Shown piece after piece: positions 41,225 through 50,748 of a stretch of 62,498 bases of DNA. Below the pieces are notes generated by a model. It had not been told where the DNA came from. It did not search any database and worked only from the letters and a program-made list of their open reading frames with translations. The DNA lies in IMG/VR virus record IMGVR_UViG_3300037840_000097, positions 1 through 62,498 of that record. One strand, 5' to 3'. Made by a program: the position numbers and the translations under genes. Source of the stretch: a virus (taxonomy: Duplodnaviria; Caudoviricetes). The number at the start of each line of letters is the position of its first letter. Positions within the stretch are counted from its first letter, which is position 1.

Positions 41225-42760
41225 TCAATACAAGAAATAGTACCCTCCAACTGCTCCGATGTGATTGAGAAAAGCAAGCGCCCATTGGGACCCTAGCGTC
41301 CAACTTCCCATGGTTGTTGGGTGTACACCCGCCAGTGTATTTGACGAACTGTACATCCAGTAGGTTGAATCGGCCCCCGAGAACGCGGTGAAGGGGTTAG
41401 CTCCCATGAAGACCTGCGATGGTTGCGCTGCAACAACGTTAGGGGCTACAGCGGCGTATTGAACAAGAAAACTCGGTATTTGACAACCAAATACCCCTAG
41501 CGTTACAACGCAGTTGGCATAGGGAGACAGGTTGAGCATAACCTGCAACCCAGGGATTCCACCTGTATAACTAGCGTTCGTCGCGATTGCGTTCGCTTGC
41601 CATGTAGCAGCGCTGGTGCTTACGTTAGCTTCGTTTGTGCCCAGAGCCTCACTCAGGTAGTCTTGTTCGTTAGGTAGTCCAGGCATAGCAGCTTGGAAAA
41701 GGGCTAAGGACGCCGCATTGTAAGAGCCGCCTGGCTTAAAATTCGAGTAGGCCGCGCCGTTGACTCCGTAGTTTATACAGTACACGTTTTGCGGATAGAT
41801 TGTTGCTTGTATGATATTGCATTCGTCTATCGGAGGAGAGTACTGATCTGACCCCCCGCCGATGTCATTCGCTCCGTTTGAGATTGAATCGCCTATGAAG
41901 GCGATATCGTAGTACGGCGGGTCGGCGGCGGCTGTCACGTCGCTGTAATCCACGAAGTTCGTGAAGAACTCGGGATTTCGTTGTGTGCCGCTTCCATTTG
42001 CGCTCTCCAGTCCAACAAGACCAGGCGACGTTGAAGACTGAAACTCGGCCGTCGAGTCGGTTCCTGAGATCGTGGAGACCACCGTTGAAGTCGATACGTC
42101 GGTCAATACTCCCGTTATGGTAGTTGGGCTAGAGCCAGTAGCGGACAGGTCTATGGAATAGCTGTCGCCGCTGTTTACCGTAACAGTCGCGGCTGCTTTC
42201 GAGGTGTAGGTGTACCCCACCGATGTTCCACAACTAAAATTGTTTGTGCTCGCGGTCGCAAAGAAGCACACGTAATCGTCGCCGACAAGTTGCACACGGA
42301 CCACCGCTCCGTAGCGCGTTGCCGGGTTCGCATCTGCAATGGCCTCAGTGGTCACAACGACGCGTTGATTTAAGTCGGGAGACTCTTGCTGCGGCCGAGT
42401 TAGTTGCGTGTTGAACATTTGAGTCGAGCTTGGGTTAGGAATGTTCTCCTTAAGCTTGTTCCCCGAAATCGTGTAAAGCGTTGGTTGTGGGGTTTGAATG
42501 TTGGAGGGAGTTCCACCGTACGCCCATTGTGGACTCTGCGCTCTGTTCGCCCAATTATTCATCGGAGAATACGTGTTTGCCCGCGTGAAATTGTCCGAGA
42601 AGTTCTGAATCCACGTTACGGCAAGCGCGGGGCTTGAAGCGCGAGAAAACACCAGTGCGATGACGAGCAGTGCCGCGATAACGCGGCTTCGCGTTACAAG
42701 CTCAGGGCGCGCTAGCAGGGTGAGCAAGAGACGGGGCAGTGCAAAAAGAACGCGGCCCAT
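41225..42760 (-). CDS. Secreted-type lectin-like plus SGNH/GDSL hydrolase protein
   Basis: FIGDSIS, NYGVNG, LGTNE, GVHP; hydrophobic N-terminus ending PALA; GC-rich DNA. Confidence 0.8.
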   Translation of the reverse strand: MGRVLFALPRLLLTLLARPELVTRSRVIAALLVIALVFSRASSPALAVTWIQNFSDNFTRANTYSPMNNWANRAQSPQWAYGGTPSNIQTPQPTLYTISGNKLKENIPNPSSTQMFNTQLTRPQQESPDLNQRVVVTTEAIADANPATRYGAVVRVQLVGDDYVCFFATASTNNFSCGTSVGYTYTSKAAATVTVNSGDSYSIDLSATGSSPTTITGVLTDVSTSTVVSTISGTDSTAEFQSSTSPGLVGLESANGSGTQRNPEFFTNFVDYSDVTAAADPPYYDIAFIGDSISNGANDIGGGSDQYSPPIDECNIIQATIYPQNVYCINYGVNGAAYSNFKPGGSYNAASLALFQAAMPGLPNEQDYLSEALGTNEANVSTSAATWQANAIATNASYTGGIPGLQVMLNLSPYANCVVTLGVFGCQIPSFLVQYAAVAPNVVAAQPSQVFMGANPFTAFSGADSTYWMYSSSNTLAGVHPTTMGSWTLGSQWALAFLNHIGAVGGYYFLY

Positions 42761-43945
42761 CTAGTTGTACCCCACGGTAATAGCGGCGCTTCCCGTTCCT
42801 CCGCAAGCCGTGATCCCATTCACCGCAATCATATCCCACTTGATCGGGGGAGCACCCGCCACCATAGTTGCGAGTGCCGTTGTGCCAGCAACCTCGCCGA
42901 TGATGGTTCCCGAACACGCACTAGCGTTGTCGTAAAGTATAACTGTACCTGTTGTTCCGGCGGTGGTGATAAGTCCTGAGACTAAGACGCCTGCAGATGC
43001 TTTGATAACTGTCGGTCCAGCGAGTCCGGCCGTGATCGCTCCAGAAGTCGTTTTCCCGCCTGTGTTGACGCGTCCAAGCCAATCGCTAGCCGGAACCACT
43101 GGAATTGAGGCGGACGACAAGGCTTGTCCAAGAGGCGAGGGCGTGGGGAAGTTAGAAATTGCAACGGTACCACTAACTGTAGAATTAGTTTTAAGATTTC
43201 CATTAACATCTAGCTGCAACGGAACAACTTGTCCATTTGTAAGAGTAGGAGAGGACGTGTTATAAACACCAAACACGCCTACTCCATTTGCTGTACCTGC
43301 AGTTTGTGGTCCACCGTTCATATTATAAGGTAATGTTACACCAAATACCGTATTGGTAATAGCACCTGATATAACAACTGCTACCCCACCATTTGTGAGG
43401 GGAATAGGGTTATATTGTGGCGTTGCATCACTAGACTCACCGCCTACAACAACTAACTTCCCTGGTGCTGTTGTGCTGTCTATTCCTGTGAGAAAACTTT
43501 GAAGAGAAGCGTCTAGTGCTATACCTCCCGTTGTTCCAATATTAAATGTAGGAGTTGACGCAAATGCAGGTAAGGTTCCAGTTATTCCAAACGCTATGTT
43601 AGATATGGAACCAATGACTTGTGAACCAGTTCCTAGACTAACGGTACTACCAGATGCAAAATTAACTGTGGATCTACCACTAGAATCTATACTTGCACAA
43701 AACCCACTGACAGTGTCACAAAACCGAACTGGCCAGGCATTGGAAATAGTGTTAGCAGTTCCTTGATTCCCACTGCCTCCCCCTCCTCCAGAACATCCTA
43801 CCTGGCAATCAACGTTAGCATAGCCGTTACTGTCAGTTGAGCTAGCAGGTCCATTACCAACGGCAGGAGCACTACTAGATGCAATAGGAGTAAAACAACA
43901 CAGTCCAATGAACAGTAAAGCTGGATAAAGCCAACGTTTCATCAT
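42761..43945 (-). CDS. Signal-peptide-bearing Gly/Thr-rich fibre or decoration-like protein
   Basis: MMKRWLYPALLFIGLCCF...; LQLDVNGNLK; C-terminal IKASAG.L...LYDNASA.SGT domain. Confidence 0.65.
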   Translation of the reverse strand: MMKRWLYPALLFIGLCCFTPIASSSAPAVGNGPASSTDSNGYANVDCQVGCSGGGGGSGNQGTANTISNAWPVRFCDTVSGFCASIDSSGRSTVNFASGSTVSLGTGSQVIGSISNIAFGITGTLPAFASTPTFNIGTTGGIALDASLQSFLTGIDSTTAPGKLVVVGGESSDATPQYNPIPLTNGGVAVVISGAITNTVFGVTLPYNMNGGPQTAGTANGVGVFGVYNTSSPTLTNGQVVPLQLDVNGNLKTNSTVSGTVAISNFPTPSPLGQALSSASIPVVPASDWLGRVNTGGKTTSGAITAGLAGPTVIKASAGVLVSGLITTAGTTGTVILYDNASACSGTIIGEVAGTTALATMVAGAPPIKWDMIAVNGITACGGTGSAAITVGYN

Positions 43946-43995
43946 ATTCGATGAATATTGGCTCAGTTACAATTAATCCCTCTTGCATTTGGGCA

Positions 43996-44028
43996 TAAAA
44001 ATACCCTCGAACGCCACGAGGGTATTTG
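43996..44028 (-). terminator. Intrinsic terminator
   Basis: Minus strand AAATACCCTCG-loop-CGAGGGTATTTTT. Confidence 0.75.
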
Positions 44029-44195
44029 TCATTAGCTAGGATGGACTATTTGTAATTCTTTAGATGGTAGTGTTACCCATTCACCAGTACTCAGCTGAAC
44101 AAGAAATGCTTCTTCGTGTATGTCCTTCCAAGCACTAATTACCGTACCAGTAAGACCACCAGAATAAAGACGTACTGTGTCTGCTATTTTAATTG

Positions 44196-45419
44196 TCATG
44201 AAATCTTGGACAACTGAGCAGGTGAAACTCGACGCTGACTACGATTCACAGTTTGCTCTTGACGGTGATTAGCCGGTTTCTTGCATTCTCCCACATGCTC
44301 CAAGATAGGTGGGAATTCGATCCCTCCATCTGCTTTACGACGATATGATTTAGGCTTCCCACAGGCACACTTAATTTCGTGCATGGCTTCTCCTAACGGA
44401 TTTTGTGTGTTCGTTTTTGTTCGAGTAGGTCTTTAATGTGACGACGCATTCCCATGAGGACTTGGATTTCTTTACTCTCCGTAGCAAAGGTGTGTATTCG
44501 GTCGAAGTTCACTTTGGCGTGGTGATCATATACCCCGTACGTCTCAGTAAGAGGAAACCAGACTAGTGACCAGTTAGTCGGGAAAAACACCATGTAATAG
44601 TGCCCGATGACTCCTTGTACTTCGTACACTCTGAGGGGAACGATGTGCTCAGGTATTTGCATGTTCCAAACGTTCACGTTCACGTCGAGCTAGAACTTCT
44701 GCAACGTCCCAGCGATGAGGTGATTGAGGAGTCCATTCTCCGTAATACTGCTCATTTGTAAGTCTATGTTGCTGTCTACTCACAACGGGCGGCGGGTCAC
44801 GAAAAAGAAAAACATGTGGCCTTGAGGTAAAGAACCTCTTAATCCTGTTCAATTAAACCCAATTCTTTCAGCATTGCAGGAGATAGCGATTTTATAGAAA
44901 TGAGATCGCCCATCGAGGTATGAAGAACCATCGGTTTACCCTGCATCAATTCAGCCGAGCTAACAGGAACGTCATTCTCATGGAACAAACGGTTACTGTC
45001 GCGCTTATGAACGTGTGATAAACCTTCTAAATTGAAATCGACACAATACTTGCAGTTTGGATATACCCTATTGTGGTTATTCTGTAAAGCACGCGCCGTC
45101 ATCACACTACCATTCTCAGCGTAGAACCTAACCCCGTCGATGAGCATGGCGTGTTTGATTTCGTCGTCACATGGAAGAAAGAACATCAATCGACGCCCTC
45201 CTGTAAAGCAGCGAGAAGAGCGTGAGAGTTTGCGTAAAGCATAACAGGTGCGGTGGCAAAAGCTGAAATAGGCCAATGATGAGAATGTATTGTCCACTCA
45301 CCGTCTTCAGCAACAGTAATCCACATATCTCGTAGACACGAAATAGCGGTTTGATTCACCACTGGAAGTGCTTCTAGAGCCGCTTTGAATAGAATTTTGT
45401 GTTCTTCTAATTCTGTCAT
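44196..45419 (-). other. Five small hypothetical ORFs
   Basis: Coupled ORFs 44196-44384, 44393-44683, 44649-44852, 44839-45186, 45186-45419. Confidence 0.5.
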
Positions 45420-45490
45420 TTGTGATTCCTCGCAAGTTCCAGTTGCTTCTCCTCTAAGTTTCTCTGAAACTGCAGTTGAGCCCTTTTGTG

Positions 45491-45814
45491 TTATTCGACT
45501 GGCAGCACAGTAATTTGAATTGTAGTAGCCACCGTGAAAGTCGGAGGTGATCCAGCATTAACAATTTCTAACTGAATATTATACACTCCAGGGTAGGGAA
45601 ATGTACTAGAAGTAGTTGTAATGTAAGCATACGTACCGTCGGAACTTGCAACAGCAGGTACGATGTACCTTAGATTGTTAGGAGAAATAACGACAGCTTG
45701 TACCGTGAGCCCGGTTAAGTTGTCATCGGAGAGCATCTTCAGAGTTTCACCAACAGACCCTGCATGAAAGTCTGTTTTGAAGGTTACAGGTACGTCATGT
45801 TCCTCGTTAAACAC
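45491..45814 (-). CDS. BppU-like Ig-fold protein
   Basis: DNLTG......SP, DG...Y.T....F...GVYNIQLEI. Confidence 0.6.
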   Translation of the reverse strand: MFNEEHDVPVTFKTDFHAGSVGETLKMLSDDNLTGLTVQAVVISPNNLRYIVPAVASSDGTYAYITTTSSTFPYPGVYNIQLEIVNAGSPPTFTVATTIQITVLPVE

Positions 45815-46142
45815 TCAGAGTCTCCTCTTCGTAAAATTTCCAGAATTTATTAACATCATCGTCAGTCAATGAGATTTGCTTCCCATTGTTAAAGGCACAT
45901 AGAATGAAAGTTCCAAGGACTCGCATTTTCTTCGTCTGACTTAACATTGCACTACGTACAGTTCCAGTGTACTTCGTTTGTATCACATGCTGATGTAGAC
46001 CATAGTATATACCCAATTGAGGAGTGATAGGATACAGCATTGGTGTATCACCAATCATCTTGCGAATCAGTTTCAAGTCAGGAGTATTACGAATCATCTC
46101 CATGTCCTGAACGTCTTTTGCTTTCATCATCGTTACTAGCAA
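45807..46142 (-). CDS. Hypothetical protein (DUF3846-like)
   Basis: L..IRKMIG; GTFILC......SLTDDDV. Confidence 0.5.
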   Translation of the reverse strand: MLVTMMKAKDVQDMEMIRNTPDLKLIRKMIGDTPMLYPITPQLGIYYGLHQHVIQTKYTGTVRSAMLSQTKKMRVLGTFILCAFNNGKQISLTDDDVNKFWKFYEEETLSV

Positions 46143-46171
46143 ATTAATACCTCATGTGTTCTAAGTATTAG

Positions 46172-46256
46172 AGTCGCGAAATAACTCTTATTGGAACGCC
46201 GTTCCCGAGGCGGAACACAATTACACCTCGGCCGGACTAAGAGTTACCTCGCGACT
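46172..46256 (-). promoter_or_regulatory. Three-way-junction structured leader in a divergent intergenic region
   Basis: 19-bp closing stem with two G.U pairs on minus strand, plus two inner hairpins. Confidence 0.6.
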
Positions 46257-46335
46257 TCACTTAAAGTTCGTGAAACGGTTGAAACCAACCTCCTTCGAGC
46301 AGGGACTAACTTCAGATTTGCAGAAATCCATGTAA

Positions 46336-46977
46336 ATGAGTAGTGCTGCAGAAGTCCCCTGGTTAATTGCTCAACTTAAATCTTCAGATTTCTCATTTAT
46401 TGACAAGTGGTGGGAGCAGTACTACCCTTTCCAAGCATTTCCTCGAACACCTACCGATGAACAGGTCGAATTACTCTTCCTTCGTCTTTTAAGTGCGCAC
46501 CCCACGCGGTACCCAGGTAAGTACAAACCACTTATGCAAATCATTGCACGCTCCCTTGAAATGACCGTTGAAGGATTAGCTCAAAAACTCGGCAGGGAGT
46601 GGCAGTTTAAGCACGAAGAAGCATCAGTACCGAGTAACTACCAAGGAGAAGCACAAATGTCTCAGAAACCTAATCCCCCAGCACCAACAGCTAAGCCAAC
46701 CGTGGCTCCGGTTGGAGCTAAACCTGCAACCAATGGCACCACCGAAGCCAAGCCAGCGAAGGCAAAAGCACCCTCTGCGCCGCGTGAAGGTAAGGGTCCC
46801 GGAGGATTGCCTTGGGTCAAGTGGTTCCAACAGGAATACGCTAAGGGAGGCGTAACCGGCAAGGAACTGCAGGACAAGTACATCGAACTGCGCAAAGGCG
46901 AGTACGTGGACAAAATGGATGTCCTCAAGCGCCATGCGTACCGTCACCGGAAGCTAGCTCTCCCAAACGTCGAGTAG
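46336..46977 (+). CDS. Pro/Ala/Lys-rich putative DNA-binding protein; internal start at 46657
   Basis: GGAG RBS before internal MSQKP; PAK-rich linker and helical C-domain. Confidence 0.65.
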   Translation: MSSAAEVPWLIAQLKSSDFSFIDKWWEQYYPFQAFPRTPTDEQVELLFLRLLSAHPTRYPGKYKPLMQIIARSLEMTVEGLAQKLGREWQFKHEEASVPSNYQGEAQMSQKPNPPAPTAKPTVAPVGAKPATNGTTEAKPAKAKAPSAPREGKGPGGLPWVKWFQQEYAKGGVTGKELQDKYIELRKGEYVDKMDVLKRHAYRHRKLALPNVE

Positions 46978-47000
46978 CTAGCCTCTTCGAGTGGGAGAAG

Positions 47001-47039
47001 TAAACCCTCTGGACTCCGGTCTGGAGGGTTTATTATTTC
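47001..47039 (+). terminator. Intrinsic terminator
   Basis: TAAACCCTC-loop-GAGGGTTTA then TTATTT. Confidence 0.75.
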
Positions 47040-47099
47040 TACGGAGAAATAGATTGCAGGGTTTGTCAGGGTAAACGAAGAAGTAAGTAGAGCTTACTT

Positions 47100-47309
47100 T
47101 TGAAGGAGTTCTCTATGGACAATGAACCAGTTGTTAATATCCACATGTTGTCGGATGCTGATTTACTGAGATACGTCGCAGATGGAATGCGACCTACACC
47201 CACAGAACACAGTTTAATTTCGGCTAAGTTGTACACAATAGCAGAGCGTTTAACGCCTACTGTCTATCGTTCCCCTTTGAGGCTGTTACAAGGAGGGAGT
47301 GGAGAATAG
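47100..47309 (+). CDS. Hypothetical protein
   Basis: AGGAG RBS before MDNEP (47115). Confidence 0.6.
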   Translation: MKEFSMDNEPVVNIHMLSDADLLRYVADGMRPTPTEHSLISAKLYTIAERLTPTVYRSPLRLLQGGSGE

Positions 47310-47699
47310 ATGGCAAATATGCTGTCAAGTTCAGATCTTGCAGACCTATCATCAGCTAGACTACGTGAGATTCTCACTATGCTAGGAGATACGGCTGTGA
47401 TTTACACATCTAAGGAGAATAAATTGGCAAAAACTCAACAGGGATCGATGCGAACGCGCATCACTGAGAAACTAGCAGAACTCCAAGCTAAGTACGGCGG
47501 TGCCATTCTGACCCCAAAGGGAAGCTTGGTAGACGGCCCTGCAAAGGAAGAGTTCGTGGCTTGGTATCTCGAGCAGCGCAAGGAAGACGTTCTCAACAAA
47601 CCCGACAAGGACTACAAACAGTGGGCTCTCGTCCATCTGGCTGATACCCTCAAACATCGTAAGGAGTCCGTCAGGGCACTCGAACCCGCGACAGTCTAG
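47310..47699 (+). CDS. Hypothetical protein with third copy of the Y..R / A..H module
   Basis: RBS present; EEFVAWYLEQRKED...KQWALVHL. Confidence 0.6.
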   Translation: MANMLSSSDLADLSSARLREILTMLGDTAVIYTSKENKLAKTQQGSMRTRITEKLAELQAKYGGAILTPKGSLVDGPAKEEFVAWYLEQRKEDVLNKPDKDYKQWALVHLADTLKHRKESVRALEPATV

Positions 47700-47755
47700 A
47701 AGGGGGCCGAACGCCGAGCAAGAATTTCGGCTAGAACCCCTTGTTTGCAACAAAT

Positions 47756-47786
47756 GAGCCACCCGAGTTAAATCTGGTGGCTTTTT
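47756..47786 (+). terminator. Intrinsic terminator
   Basis: GAGCCACC-loop-GGTGGCTTTTT. Confidence 0.75.
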
Positions 47787-47819
47787 GCAGCCTTCGTTAG
47801 AAAGTATAAAGTCTAAGTC

Positions 47820-49400
47820 TTGCTTGTTGAGTTATATAAATTTCAGCAAGAAGCTGTGCAGTGGGTGCAAGACCGCTTTCAGCGTGGTTTTCTCTGGACT
47901 CCGTTATTCATGGACACCGGGACTGGTAAGACCCCGGTGTCTTTTGCTGTTATGGAGTGGTGGTACAACCAAGGTAGGCGAAAGTTTATTATAGTCTCTC
48001 AAATGAACATGGTTGGAGGCTGGATAGATGAAGCTGAAAAGTTTAATGTTCCACTAAAATTTGTGCGAGTACACTCGCATCAGACTAAAGAACAAAAGAT
48101 TCGTGTGGTACAGGGTGATTACGACGTTATAGTCATAAACTATGACAGCCTACGACTACTCAAAGATCACCTAGTAGCCGCACGCTTTGGAGGAGGAGTA
48201 TTTGACGAGTGTCAGCGACTCCAAAATAGAAGTGCAAAGTGGACGGAAGCTGCGCGAGAATTAGTTCTATCCATTAAGCAACAGCGCGGCGGTCGCCTTG
48301 CCCTAAGCGGCACACCTGCAACTAAGAATCCTCTAGACCTCTGGTCTATTTTTGATGTTTTAGACCCGTACATTATGCAATACGGAACTAAGCCTGATCC
48401 TACGAGACATCCACTTGGTTATGGGTCCTATCGTAGTTTTGAGCAGGCTGTATGTACGAAAACTCCGCATCCTCACCTTAAGGGTGTGTACAAATATTTC
48501 TTCCCGCCTGAGTTAGTCAAGAAACTTCAAACTAGAGTCACGTATCACGCGTACGAGGCTTTTAAGGAAGACGTTCTACCTTGGTTGCCTAAACAAACAT
48601 TTAGCAACATGTATGTGGATATGACTCCAGGGCAAGAGAAACTATATAATTTAATGCGGGATGAAATGGTTGCTATCCTAACAAAGCAACCTTTTGATAC
48701 ATCTCCTCTCGAAGCACAAAATATTCAACCCTTGAATAGCTGGCTGTCTACTCATCAGCAGGATGCTGGCGTTATGAAGTTGCTCAAAGAGCAAGTAATT
48801 TCTACAAAACTTCAAGCTGTACTAACTATGCGTCTACAACAGATTTGTAGTGGGCACATTAAGTTAGACAATGGCAAGACACATATGTTTGAAGGTGGAA
48901 AGGCGGATCGTCTCCGAACTGAGATTCCAAAATGGGTAAGTTTAGACACACATAATAAACTTATCATCTTTACTCGTTTTCGAGCAGATGTGGTTATTGT
49001 CTCAAAACTTCTAGAGGAATTAGGAGTTGGATTTGTTAGTCTAACTGGAGATAATAGCAGTAACGCACAAGATGCGGTGAAGAGTTTTCAAAATGACGCT
49101 GGTATTCGCGCCTTTGTGAGTAATTTACAGGCAGGCTCTACTGGAATCACGTTAACAGCTGCAAATTTTGTCTGTTACTACTCGATGTCTTACAACTATG
49201 GACATCAACGTCAATCCGAGGACAGAGCACATCGGATTGGACAACTTCGACCCGTGTTCTACTACAACTTCATGTGTCGCGACTCTGTGGAACGCGGAAT
49301 ACTCCAGAACATAAGTAACAAGAAGCGACTTACACAAATGACCTCACGTCGCTTTGCTAATATGCTGCTTGGTAAGCAGATGGGAATGGATTATGACTAA
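47820..49400 (+). CDS. SNF2-family (SF2) helicase
   Basis: MDTGTGKT, FDECQ, LSGTP, GSTGITLT, QSEDRAHRIGQ. Confidence 0.95.
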   Translation: MLVELYKFQQEAVQWVQDRFQRGFLWTPLFMDTGTGKTPVSFAVMEWWYNQGRRKFIIVSQMNMVGGWIDEAEKFNVPLKFVRVHSHQTKEQKIRVVQGDYDVIVINYDSLRLLKDHLVAARFGGGVFDECQRLQNRSAKWTEAARELVLSIKQQRGGRLALSGTPATKNPLDLWSIFDVLDPYIMQYGTKPDPTRHPLGYGSYRSFEQAVCTKTPHPHLKGVYKYFFPPELVKKLQTRVTYHAYEAFKEDVLPWLPKQTFSNMYVDMTPGQEKLYNLMRDEMVAILTKQPFDTSPLEAQNIQPLNSWLSTHQQDAGVMKLLKEQVISTKLQAVLTMRLQQICSGHIKLDNGKTHMFEGGKADRLRTEIPKWVSLDTHNKLIIFTRFRADVVIVSKLLEELGVGFVSLTGDNSSNAQDAVKSFQNDAGIRAFVSNLQAGSTGITLTAANFVCYYSMSYNYGHQRQSEDRAHRIGQLRPVFYYNFMCRDSVERGILQNISNKKRLTQMTSRRFANMLLGKQMGMDYD

Positions 49401-49882
49401 TGGCTGAAGATATCCCTGAAACTTCGCTAGACGAGTATGAAGCATTTCTAGCTGAATCTCAGGAGCCACCCGCAGCGCCCCTAGCCACTGATACGGAGCT
49501 TGTCGATACGATGGGCAAGTATGCAGAGTTACGTCAGCGTAAGCAAGATCTCGAACAAGAACTCAAAGACATTAACGCTGTACTAAAGACCCAGAACGAA
49601 GTTATACTTGCAACTTTTGATGCTCGTAGCATCCAGAAGATGCACATTAAGAACGTGGGTCTTTTCTATCGGCAGGAATCACCACATCCTGCTGTGGTTA
49701 ACAAGGAAGAGTTTATTAAGTGGTTGGATGGTCACGGTGAAGGAGAAATCGCTGTGCGTACCGTGAATTTCCAGACACTTCGTAAGTGGTGGAAAGAACA
49801 GATGGAACACGGAGCCCCTCTTCCTCCAGAAGAGTTGGCGAAAGCATTCATTGATCGCAGTATTCGCGTCCGGAAAGGATGA
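49400..49882 (+). CDS. Phage replication/recombination accessory protein
   Basis: Coiled coil then FIKWL...G....VRTVNFQTL. Confidence 0.55.
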   Translation: MAEDIPETSLDEYEAFLAESQEPPAAPLATDTELVDTMGKYAELRQRKQDLEQELKDINAVLKTQNEVILATFDARSIQKMHIKNVGLFYRQESPHPAVVNKEEFIKWLDGHGEGEIAVRTVNFQTLRKWWKEQMEHGAPLPPEELAKAFIDRSIRVRKG

Positions 49883-50745
49883 AGCACGTGGCAATTACTC
49901 ACAAAGAGAAGCCTGAAACAGTAGCAACTCCCCCTGCTGACCTTGCTACTGTTACTGATGAAGAGGAACTTCTTAGTTTTTACAACGAGACAGGTAAGGA
50001 TGGCAAGGAGAATGTTCGTTCAGACGACATTATCATGCCGCGCCTTGCGATTCTACAACCTACGAATCCGCAAGTTACCGATCGTCTCGGGCAAGCCGGT
50101 GACATTTTCAACATTGTCACCAACGTAAACTACTCCAACAAAGGGTTGAAGTTTGTACCGTTGCTATTCTATATGAATCGCATTAAGTGGGAGAGTCCAG
50201 ATCCGGGTGCGAAACTGGAGTGTATTGCCCGAGACGGGGAGCACGGATCGAAGTACGGGGCGTGCATGGCTTGTGTGTTCAAAGAATTTGGTCAAGATGG
50301 ATCACAGCCAAGCTGTACGGAATTCAAGAATATTCTCATGATTCCGTTGCCGGATGGGGAATCTCCATACGATCAGGCTCCAGTCGCGTTTTCTGGGAAG
50401 CGAACGGCTATTGGGATCATGAAGAACTTTGTTACGCAGATGATGAATCTTCGACACAAAGGCACTGAGATGCCGATGTACTCGCACATCTGGCAACTTG
50501 GAGTTGCAAAAGAAACTAATGAGAAAGGGACATGGTATAGTCCTCAGTTCACTAACATGGGACCGATTAAAGATATTCGGTTGCTGAAGTATTTGCAGAG
50601 TGTATATAAGCAAATGCAAGCTTCGCAAGCTAAGTACATGATTCCACAAGAAAATGAGGAGTATGCCGCACGGCCTGCATCTAACACAGTTGAAGATGCA
50701 GAGTACAAACCTGTCCCTGAAACTGAGGACGGCAAAGCGTACTAA
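49879..50745 (+). CDS. Putative ssDNA-binding / annealing protein
   Basis: DDIIMPRLAILQ, C..RDG, C..C, NEKGTWY, acidic tail. Confidence 0.65.
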   Translation: MKHVAITHKEKPETVATPPADLATVTDEEELLSFYNETGKDGKENVRSDDIIMPRLAILQPTNPQVTDRLGQAGDIFNIVTNVNYSNKGLKFVPLLFYMNRIKWESPDPGAKLECIARDGEHGSKYGACMACVFKEFGQDGSQPSCTEFKNILMIPLPDGESPYDQAPVAFSGKRTAIGIMKNFVTQMMNLRHKGTEMPMYSHIWQLGVAKETNEKGTWYSPQFTNMGPIKDIRLLKYLQSVYKQMQASQAKYMIPQENEEYAARPASNTVEDAEYKPVPETEDGKAY

Positions 50746-50748
50746 CGC

